Shown here piece by piece: positions 55,626 through 64,000 of a stretch of 64,000 bases of DNA. The stretch is taken from positions 154,500 to 218,499 of the forward strand of contig CAWDQO010000006.1 of assembly GCA_963804525.1 (NCBI GenBank). Reading direction: 5' to 3'. Source of the stretch: an uncultured Thermoplasmata archaeon (lineage in GTDB: Archaea; Thermoplasmatota; Thermoplasmata; Lutacidiplasmatales; UBA184). The stretch's first letter is position 1. Each line of letters starts with the position of its first letter. Position numbers and translations under genes: made by a program. The notes beneath the pieces are model-generated. The model was given only the letters and a program-made list of their open reading frames with translations. It was not told the DNA's origin and made no database searches.

Positions 55626-58600
55626 GCCTTCCCTCCCGTCGCCGGGGGGCTGCTTCCGCCCGACCGACCCGCGCGCCTCCGGCTCAGGAGGACCGCCGCC
55701 AGTCCGACCGCCGCCACGGCCGCGAGCGCGACCCCGATCCCGATCCATTCCATCGACGCCGCCGGAGCCGCGTTCGGGCTCAGCGTCGGCAGGCTCTGCA
55801 TCGAGACGACGACCTGCGTGGCGGGCGTACCCGTCGGGGAGACCGACACCGACGTGTTCGAGTATCCGCCGTACACCCCGGTCAAGGTGAACGACCCCTC
55901 GGGGAGCACGATCTGGAACGCTCCGGAGCCGCTCGACTGGAACGACTCGGAGACCTTCTTGCCGTCCGAGGCGGTCCCGACGACCGTCACGCCGGCCCCG
56001 GCAGGGGCGCGCCCGACGCGGCGTTGACCACGAGGCCGAAGACGTTCGTCTCGGGCGGGTACATCGTGATGTCCCGGACGGCGGGAGCCCCGTTCAGGGA
56101 GACCGCGACGTCCACATCGGCGTAGTTCACGGGGAGCGGTCCATCGTAGACCGCGGTCAGTTGCGTCGTCCCGTTCGCGAGCTCGAGGGAGTACGTCCCG
56201 GAAGAGCCCGTGGTCGCCAGGACCACGCCCGCGTCCTCGATTTCCACCCCGGAGAGCGCGCTCCCGGTCAGCCCGTCGGTCACGCGACCCGTGACCGCGT
56301 ACGTCTGCGTCGAGAGCGTCAACTTCAGGCCCGTCACGGGTCCGTGGACGACCACGGGGAGCGTCAGCGTCGCCTCACCGGGGGCGGTGACGACGAGGTC
56401 GTAGGTGCCGTACAGGACCGTGAGGGTGAACGCACCCGACGACCCCGAGGACGCCGAGCCGGCGACGACGCCGCCGACCTCGGCCGCAACGACCGCTCCC
56501 GGTAGACCGGCTCCGTTGGCGAGGACCGTCCCGCTGACAGGGTAGGAGGTGTCGGTTCCGAGGCGGTTCAGGAACTCCGTGGCCGCGAGCGTCGTCCGAC
56601 CGCCGACGATGACGACGTTGACGAGCCCGTCCGCGTATCCGGACGCCGAGATCGTCACGACGTAGGCGCCGGGGGCGCCCGCGATCGCGTAGTGACCGCC
56701 GACGTCGGTCGTGGCGCCCACGCACACGCCTCCGGACCACACGGGGCACGCGAACACCTGGGCCCCGACGATCGGGACCGTGGTCGCGTTGTCGTAGACG
56801 GCGCCCACGACCGACCCGAACGCCTCGAGGAAGATGCTGCCGACGTTGACGTGCTCACCCGCGGCGACCGAGACGGTCAGGTACGTCGAGTTGTAGTCGA
56901 TGTCGGAGACCGCCAGGATGTACGGCCCGGCCGGGACGACCATGAGGAAACTCCCGGACCGGGTCGACTGGACCGTGTAGAGGCACGGACCCGTCGGGCT
57001 TCCACCGACCGGAGAGCACGCGCTCACGTTCGCGCCGACCACCGGGAACCCGGCGGGCAGGCCGAGGACCGTCCCGGAGATGTACGCGGGTTGGAACACC
57101 GGGATCGGGGTCAGGCCCACGTAGCAGTCCGAGCAGACGTCCGCGAGCGTCGGACCGATCGAGATGAGCCCCGTCGCCGAGACGTTGATGAAGTTGAGTC
57201 CCGGCGTCGCGTTCACCCAGAACTGCCCGGTGCCGTTCGTCTGCGCCGTGCCGCACTCCCGGGCTCCCCCGAGACAGTCGGTGATGTTCGCGCCGACCAC
57301 CGGGACGTCACCGGGCTTCGACAAGACGACGCCCGCGACGACACCATCGCCCGTCATGTTGACGAGCGGGACGGTCGTGATCTCCCCGGCCACGATCTTC
57401 AACCGGGTGGCGTTCGGCTCGTAGACCGCGCGGCTGTAGTTCGCCCAGTCGTTGCCGGGCGGGCCGTCGACGAGGAACTGGCCCTCCACGTTGCTCGTGG
57501 AGAGGTCGGTCGTCGTGGCCTCCAGGTCCCCGATCGTGGACACGGTGAGGGAGACGCCAGGGAGCGGCAGGTCCTTCACCGGGTCGATCACCGTGCTGAC
57601 GGTGGGGAAGGTGCTGTAGTTGACCTGCGTCGAGTCGGCGTACCCCCAGTGGTCGATCGTCCGGTTCTCCGGGGTGGAGGTGCTCGAGTTGTACACGCTC
57701 GTCGCGCTATAGTTGACCTGCGCGTAGAAGCTCGTGTTGTTGTAGTCGTTCCCCGGGCCCACCGAGAAGTGGACCGCCGGGCTCGCTGCGGCGGAGACGT
57801 TGTAGAATCCCCCGCCGTTCGTGACCGTCGACGAGGTGTAGATGAGCGCCGACCCGGACGGGGTGGAGCTCGCCGACACGGGCAGGTACGAGGCGGGCAG
57901 GTAGGTGTTCGCCGTGACGACGATCCCGGTCTCCCATCCGAAGTGGAGGAGGGCGAGAGAGTCGGTCTCGTACGAGCCGCCGGGGAGGAGCTTGCCGGGG
58001 TACTTGACCTGCTGAGTCTCCCACGCCCCCGGGACCTGCGAGTTGTACGAGGTCTTGTTCGCCGGGTTGCCGGCCGGGAGGAAGAACGTGATCCCGCCGC
58101 TCCCGTTCGCCATCCAGGCGACCGACCCGGTGTTGTTCCCGATCGTGCTGACGGAGACCGTCGCGTACCGGATCGGGAGGGGCGTGAGCGAGCCGGCGTT
58201 CGGCAGGTAGCTCAGGTTGTTCCAGACGTTGAACGTCAACGACGCGAAGATGTCGAGCTTCACCGTGCCCGGAACCGCCACCGTCAGCTGGTTCGGGCCG
58301 ATGTTCACGGAGGTACTGTTCGGGTTGAACCCGCCGTTCGCGCTCGACGAGATGCCGGTCGCCGAGGGGTTGACCGCGACCGTCTCCGTGGTTCCGGGAA
58401 GGCCCCAGACCTGGAACGCCCCCGTCGGCCCGACGTCGGAGACCGGTCCGACCTCCTGACCGCAGGCCCCCGAGACGGTGCAGACGCTCACCTGGTCGAT
58501 CGTGCCCATCTGGAACGAGTCGGTGACCGTTGGCGACAGCTGCACGTAGATCAGGTTCCAGGGGTTGATCGTCACGTTGCCGAACACCCACGCGAGGGGT

Positions 58601-61537
58601 TCGAGGTCGACCGTACCCAAGTTGTAGAACGCCGCTCCGCTCGAGTTCAGGTACACCGAGTCCGGCTCATAACCGGGGGCCGAGATGTTCAGGAAGTAGA
58701 GCCCCGCGGGAATGGTGAGGTTGAAGAATCCACCGGTGTCGGTGCCGCTCGAAGACTGGAAGCACGTCCCACCCTGGGCCGGGCACGCCTGGTAGTTCGA
58801 GGTTTGGACCCCGAGTCCGGTCGTGTTGTCGACGAGGCGTCCGACGAGCCAGGTCGCGACCTGGGTCGCGTTCGATCCGCCCGCGGCGCGGGCTCCCGCG
58901 AGGACGGGCTCGGCGCCCGATCCGTTCGACCCCGAGGGGTAGAGCGTGAGCGTCGAGACGTTCGTCTGCGCGCCGACCGTCGCGTTCACCCACGCCCAGT
59001 CGGTCGAGTAGCCGGCCGCCGTGACGACGACCCGGTAGGTGGACATCGGGAGCCACCCGCCGATCACCTGGCCGAGGTAGACGCCGTTCGAGCTGACACG
59101 GCCCGCGCCGAGGTTCGGGCAGGTCGACGCCGTATCCGTCAGCGGGCAGACCTTCGCAACCGCCCCGAGGACGGCGTTCCCCTGCGGGTCGACGACGCGA
59201 CCCTCGAGGGTGGCGAGCGGCTGGAGGCCGATATCGCCGACGTAGATGTTCTGCTGCGAGACGTTCACTTCCGCCCAGATGTAGTCCGGCTCGTAGCCGG
59301 AGGCGGAGACCTTGACGTAGTCCCACCCGAGCGGGGCCGGGAAATTGAACTGGCCCTTCAGGTTCGTGGCGCCGTCCTGGCAGGCGACGGGGTACGTCGG
59401 CGACACCGAGCAGACCTCGAGGGAGGCGAGAGGGAGCCCGAAGTTCGTCCCGGCCTCCGTGACGTTGCCGAGGATCGCCCCACCGGCGGTGAGGTTGACC
59501 GTGTCCTGCATCATGTTCCCCGGCTGGCCGACGGCGACCCCATGCGGGATGCCGACGAACGCTTCGGGGACGGAGACCCACGTGAAGTTGTTCGGGTAGA
59601 GGTTCGAAGAGACGGTCACGAGGTCAGGGCCCGGCGCGGCCGGCGCACAGAACCCGTCCCCGTCCGAGGGCTCGTTCCCGCAGGCCCACGTCGCCCACGG
59701 GGAGGTCAGCCGGTCCCAGGAGTACGTCGGGGCGACGTTCGCGTAGTTCAACGAGGAGACCGTGATCGAGAAGTCCGCCGGAGCGGTCGTGGTCCCCTGG
59801 ACCGTCACGTTGCCGTGGATGTACGACCCGGCGGTGAAGTTCATCCACCCGAAGAGGGTGGACAGCCGCGGCGTGACGTTGACCCAGGTCTGGTTTTCCC
59901 AGACGGGGATGTCCGGGACGTTCCCAAAGTTCGAGTAGCCGGGGATCGGCCAGGTCGGCACGCCGTTCCCGCAGAGCCCGGTGTAGTCCGGTTCGATGGT
60001 GACCTCGTTGCGGAGCGGGGAAGCGATCATGTCGACCGCCGTCCCGATCGACCCGGCGCACGAGGTGGCGCAGCCGCTCGTCGAGGTGTTGAACGTCGGG
60101 GTGACGCTGTTGATCGTGTATCCGTCCAGGGAGCACGTGGAAATCGTCCAAATGCCGGTGTGGGCCGGGGCGGACTCGGTCGCGTAGTAGTCGTTCGCGG
60201 TCATCCCGCCCTGGACCTCGACCCCGCCGTCGGGGGTCAGGTTCACGGGTTTCATCCAGTAGGCCCCCCCGGCGTACGGTGGGAGGTTCCCGATGGTGAC
60301 GGTCGCGGCGGCATAGTCGGTGACCTGGATGACGGCGTAGGAGGGACCAGGTTGGCCCGCGGCTACGAGGACCGTCGGCCCATGGGTGTTGGTTCCCCCG
60401 AGGTTGCCCTGCTGCGTCGCGCCGCATCCGTTGAGGAGCGAACAGATCTGGAGCGAGCCGGAGTTGCCGCCGAGGAGCGGTCCGCCGGTGACGGCGTCGG
60501 TCAGGTTGACCTTGACCTCGGCCATCCGTTCGAGGTAGATGGTGCCGAGGTTTTCGACCTGGCCCGGGGTCCCGTTCGTCCAGGTCGTGTTCGCGAGGTA
60601 GAGTCCGTATGGCGGGGTGAACGTCACGATCGAGGGGCTGTCGGCGAGCGCCACCCGGAACGAGCCGTTGGCGAGGGAGGTGCCCGTCGGGCTGAGGAGC
60701 GTGCTCGAGTCGGTCGTAGCGTCGGACACGACGATCCCGGACAACGTCGGATAATTCTTCGGGACGTCGGCGCGGATGATCCCGATCCCGATCGCAGACT
60801 CGACCTCGAAGATCGTCCCGACGAACGTCTTGGTGGCGTTGCCCGCGGTCGCGTACGTCAGGTTGCTGAGGTACCAGTCCGTGGTCGCCTGGACGTAGTC
60901 GAAGCCCACCGGTCCGGAGACGGTGAACGAGCCGTTCGGGGACGACGACACCGCGGCGCACGTCGTGGCGGGGCAGTCCTGGCCGTTCGCCCCGAACGCC
61001 TCCACCGTGGCGCCGTCGATCGGGAGGTCCGTCTCCCGGTTGGTACACGTAGCCCGAGAACAGGCCGGTCGCGATGTAATAGGACGGGTGCGGGGCGGCG
61101 GGCGCCGCGGCAAGGGCCGCCGGGTCGAACGCTTTCCCCTGGGCGGTGGCGTTGTCGAACGCTGCGAACTGGGATTCGTGGAGGGCGACCTGGCTTCCGT
61201 AGGCGGCGTCGAACGGCTTCTCCCCCGCGGGGTTCGCGCCCGGGAGACCGCCGGTCGAGACCGATGGGGTGAGTTTGGCCGCGGTCGGTGTCACCGTTGC
61301 GGCATGGGTCGCCGCCGGCCCGGAGCTCGTGGGGGTCGTCGACGCGACCGCGCCGACCGAGATCGCGGGGAACGCCATGACCATCACCGCGATCGAGAAC
61401 GCGAGCGCGTAGGCCATGCGCCGGGCCCAGCGGGGGACCGTCGCGGGGTGGCTCGCGGACCCGTTGCCCATGGGCATCGGGGAGGCCAGTTTACTCTCGT
61501 CGAAAGACGTCCGCGGGGAGGTCCGCGATGACGGCAT
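55622..61537 (-). CDS. giant surface protein (about 1971 aa) made of many carboxypeptidase-regulatory/transthyretin-like beta-sandwich repeats, C-terminal TM anchor; two frame breaks in this assembly
   Basis: ATG 61537, or ATG 61417 (MAYALAFSIAVMVMAFPAISVGA signal). The N-part ORF 59624..61537 joins ORF 55987..61113 at GGTAC 61042-61046 (..GLFSGYVY/NRETDLPIDGATVEAFG). ORF 55622..55990 supplies the last repeat, TM (WIGIGVALAAVAAVGLAAVLL) and tail; that break is in 55991-56005. There are dozens of G.V.D..TG.P..GA.V-type repeat starts. The corrected length is 5916 nt. Confidence 0.8.
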
Positions 61538-61561
61538 TAGGTTTTCTTCGAATGGCTGGGA

Positions 61562-61573
61562 GTTGATAAACCT
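61562..61573 (-). promoter_or_regulatory. TATA-like element for the giant gene
   Basis: The minus strand reads AGGTTTATCAAC, centred about 30 nt upstream of ATG 61537 (near-leaderless). A similar AGGTTTAAGAAC on the plus strand (61663-61674) precedes the divergent gene at 61710. Confidence 0.4.
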
Positions 61574-61709
61574 TTGCTACGATGTAGCGCGCCACGCTCG
61601 GCCGCGGCGGGTGGGACCGGGCCCCCGTCGGACGCTCGGCGTGCAATCGGCAACGCCGCGAGAGGTTTAAGAACCGCGGTCGTCTCGGCGGCCCCGGGTC
61701 CGGCTGAGA

Positions 61710-62162
61710 ATGGACGTCCCGCTCTACGCAATCGCCCTGATCGTGTTCGCCCTGATGTACCTCGCGCTCGGGGTCGTCCTCTCCGTCACCCTGATCCTGA
61801 CGTTCGTCGTTCTGTTCCTGTACCTCACCCTGCGGCACGGCAAGATGCCCGACAACTATCCGCACGGGTTCAACGATGCGCTGATCACGGCGATCTTCAT
61901 CGGCGTGACGTGGGGAATCTTCATCCTCCTCGGGCCGAAGAGCCCGATCCCGTTCCTCCCGCAGAACGGGAGCGCCATCTACTCCGCCACGGCGATCCTC
62001 TCCTTCGACGTGATTCTTTCGATCGGGGTCGTCATCGCGATCATCTTCCTGTTTATCGGGGCCTTCCTCGCCCGCCAGCTGAAGGACGGCGGCGGCGGGG
62101 GCGGCGCGACCTCCACCACGGCCCAGAGCGAGTCGAAGCCCAAGCAGGGCGTCGGCGCGTAG
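61710..62162 (+). CDS. hypothetical integral membrane protein (4 TM)
   Basis: 150 aa. Four clear helices (LYAIALIVFALMYLALGVVLSV..., ITAIFIGVTWGIFILLG, ILSIGVVIAIIFLFIGAFL) and a Gly-rich tail. Divergent from the giant gene. Confidence 0.6.
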   Translation: MDVPLYAIALIVFALMYLALGVVLSVTLILTFVVLFLYLTLRHGKMPDNYPHGFNDALITAIFIGVTWGIFILLGPKSPIPFLPQNGSAIYSATAILSFDVILSIGVVIAIIFLFIGAFLARQLKDGGGGGGATSTTAQSESKPKQGVGA

Positions 62163-62219
62163 GCGTCCCGGTCCCGCCCGAGAAAGCCTCTAAGTAACGG
62201 GCGGACGTTCACGACCGCC

Positions 62220-63377
62220 GTGCCGAACCTGACCTGCGGCGACATCCGGACCTACCTCGCTTCGATCGCCTCGGGCACCGCCCCGCGGGAGCCCCCGGCC
62301 GAGCTCTGGCAGACCCTCACCCAGCACGGCGCCGTCCACGGGATCCCGAGCACTCCCGGCCTGACCGACGTCGGACGGCACGTCCTTCGGGAGCTCCAGG
62401 TCCGTGCGTCCCGGACCGACCGGCTGCCCCTCGACGTCGTCGCCGAGCAGCTCAGCCGGATCGGAGGCGACCTCGAGACCGTCGCGAAGTCGGCGAGCTA
62501 TTTCCTCGCCGAGCTCGGCCCGGTCGTACCGGTCGAGGCGGTCCCGCTGCTCCGGATCGTCGCCGTGGCCCTCGCGAACCGGCGGGAGACTCCGGACGAG
62601 ATCGCCGAGGAGTTCCGGAACGCCTGGGGCAGCGTGGAGGTCATGGGCGGCAACCCGCGCGACCGCTTGCTCGCCGCCGAGCTCCTCAACGCCGAGTCGG
62701 CGCCGATCACCGAGCTCTACGCCACGATGATGAAGACGATGGAGCGGGTGCGCGCGCAGGGCGGCGACCACGCCTCGGCGGTCACAGTCGCGACGATCCT
62801 CCACCTCGCGGTCGCTGCCGACAAACCTCCCGCGCTCGACGCGTTCTTCTCGCTGCGGGCGAACGCCATGGGCGACGAGGCGGCCGCCCTCCTCGCCGCG
62901 ACGGGCCGGCCGCCGGCCGAGTCGATCGCCCTCCGGGACCAGTGGGTCGCGAAGCTCCCCGGCCTCACCCCGGTGGATGCCCGCCTCGCCGCGACGTACC
63001 TCGCTTCCGAGCCGGCCACCCGGTCCGACGTCGGCTCCCGGATCGCGACCCTCGCCCCGCTCCTCGCCCCCCGGTACGCCCGCCCGGGCGTCGCGTCCGC
63101 GCTCCTCGCGATGACCGCCCCGGTCGAGGCGGCCGAGCTCATCGATTGGCTCGACAAGTCGGAGGCGCTCGCCAGTTCCCGGAAGCTCGCCCCGACGCCC
63201 GGGGAGCTGCACGCGCTCGCCCTCGCGCTCGTGCACGGATTGCCGGCGCGGGAGTTCGTGGCGACGGAGGTCGACGCGACCCCGTACGAACCGTCGACGG
63301 CGTCGCTCGTCGCCCTCCACGCGTGGCTCTACCGGCCCCTCGTCCCGGACCCCGCGATCGCGGCGGCCGCCCGGTAG
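62220..63377 (+). CDS. hypothetical soluble alpha-helical protein
   Basis: GTG-start uninterrupted 385-aa ORF, Ala/Leu-rich, with no TM segments. No family recognised. Confidence 0.5.
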   Translation: MPNLTCGDIRTYLASIASGTAPREPPAELWQTLTQHGAVHGIPSTPGLTDVGRHVLRELQVRASRTDRLPLDVVAEQLSRIGGDLETVAKSASYFLAELGPVVPVEAVPLLRIVAVALANRRETPDEIAEEFRNAWGSVEVMGGNPRDRLLAAELLNAESAPITELYATMMKTMERVRAQGGDHASAVTVATILHLAVAADKPPALDAFFSLRANAMGDEAAALLAATGRPPAESIALRDQWVAKLPGLTPVDARLAATYLASEPATRSDVGSRIATLAPLLAPRYARPGVASALLAMTAPVEAAELIDWLDKSEALASSRKLAPTPGELHALALALVHGLPAREFVATEVDATPYEPSTASLVALHAWLYRPLVPDPAIAAAAR

Positions 63378-63398
63378 GCGAGCCGCGCGTTCCGGCGC

Positions 63399-64000
63399 CT
63401 AGGTCTGGGACTCGGACCCGCCGTCCGGCCCCGTCTCGGGGGCGGGCGACCCGTAGATGTGTTCCTCGGCCGGGGGCTCGGACGGTTCCTCAGCAGGCTC
63501 CGCCGGGGTCCCGCTGCCGCCGCCCCGCCGCCCGAGGAGGATCCCGACGACCGCACCGACGATCAGGAGGAGCACGAGGAGTCCGACCCCGAGGGTCGGG
63601 AACGCCGTGCCGGAGTTGTTCGTCGTGCTCGTGTGGGTCGGCGTCGGCCCGAACGCCGCGGTCTCGGTGACCGGCCCGTTCAGGGTGACCGTCGGACCGG
63701 CCTCGTTCCCCGTGTACGACCCACTGCCGGTCCCATTCCAACCCTCGAACGATTGGCCGGCGCTAGGGGTCTCCGCGAGGGTTTCGGGAGTCCCGGGTGC
63801 CGCCCACACCGACCCGGGCGACGCCGTCCCCCGGAGGCGGCGACGACGGTGAGAAGGTACTCGGTGGAGAACGCCACCGTGACGCTGCCAGTGGAGGGAA
63901 CGGTGACGGGGCTCGTCCCGACCGACCCCGGCACGTACCGGACTCCGGCGCCGCCGAACGACGTCGCGACGGTGACGGTGTACGAGCCCGCGAGGAGGCC
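63399..64000 (-). CDS. surface protein with InlB-B-repeat-like module and C-terminal TM anchor (5' end outside the window; one frame break)
   Basis: The C-terminus is ...SFEGWNGTGSGSYTGNEAGPTVTLNGPVTETAAF, then TM LGVGLLVLLLIVGAVVGILLG, then an acidic/Pro tail. The upstream frame (..VTVAFSTEYLLTVVAASGG) joins it if one C is added to the C5 run at 63828-63832 (..ASGGTASPGSVWAAPGTPETLAETP). Confidence 0.6.
   Translation of the reverse strand, partial: PPRGLVHRHRRDVVRRRRSPVRAGVGRDEPRHRSLHWQRHGGVLHRVPSHRRRRLRGTASPGSVWAAPGTPETLAETPSAGQSFEGWNGTGSGSYTGNEAGPTVTLNGPVTETAAFGPTPTHTSTTNNSGTAFPTLGVGLLVLLLIVGAVVGILLGRRGGGSGTPAEPAEEPSEPPAEEHIYGSPAPETGPDGGSESQT

Noticed and set aside
4807-61046. Programmed +1 ribosomal frameshifting at GGTAC/GTACC sites
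   Set aside because: The flanking codons differ from site to site, and I saw no slippery or stimulatory structure. Identical hexamers are read through normally in intact genes (27426-27431, 11324-11329). Breaks at these sites occur alongside classical homopolymer indels.
32316-61537. Homopolymer-tract phase variation (contingency loci) switching the surface-protein genes on and off
   Set aside because: The same kinds of single-base frame breaks occur at similar density in housekeeping genes (trmY, M61 peptidase, cdc6). A technical cause explains all of them more simply. Only read-level heterogeneity could revive this idea.
1-64000. CRISPR arrays, rRNA, prophage or defence islands
   Set aside because: I saw no short direct-repeat/spacer periodicity, no cas, rRNA, phage structural or integrase-like sequences on either strand.

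Overview
GC-rich archaeal chromosomal window (by eye; G+C not computed). Archaeal markers are Orc1/Cdc6, diphthine synthase, TrmY, a Tes/GDGT-MAS-like radical SAM enzyme, an archaeal thiolase plus DUF35 pair, and TATA-like promoters close to start codons. An FtsZ-type GTPase suggests a euryarchaeal or Thermoplasmatota-like lineage, but this is unproven. Positions 1-31.6 kb hold ordinary housekeeping and accessory genes: msrA, an RHH regulator with a divergent FtsZ-like GTPase, trmY, a HAD hydrolase, PadR with an ABC-2 exporter, a cation/H+ antiporter, a SWIM protein, the Tes-like radical SAM, a CDF transporter, an M61 peptidase, thiolase/DUF35, ubiX, guaAA, a receiver domain, dph5, Usp, a Hef-like helicase, serS, an aldehyde dehydrogenase and orc1/cdc6. 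Positions 31.8-64 kb are different. Almost every gene is on the minus strand and encodes a very large (640 to about 1970 aa) protein rich in N-x-S/T sequons, with an N-terminal signal or anchor and a C-terminal TM anchor. Domains include FN3/PKD, Asp-box, InlB-B-like Cys modules and transthyretin-like repeats. These genes surround a polytopic-membrane tandem AAA+ (Cdc48-like) ATPase and include a 2165-bp tandem gene duplication. This cluster is my best candidate for an undescribed system. I recognised no rRNA, tRNA, CRISPR array, transposase or integrase. Caveat: at least 15 reading frames are broken in only two sequence contexts, G/C homopolymers (one base apparently missing) and GTAC with a doubled outer base (one base apparently extra). 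Housekeeping and surface genes are affected alike, so most apparent pseudogenes are probably consensus errors. I give whole-gene models with the break points. Many very long ORFs in the track (for example 8495..12733, 24956..28753, 56692..61272) are antisense or off-frame shadows typical of GC-rich DNA.
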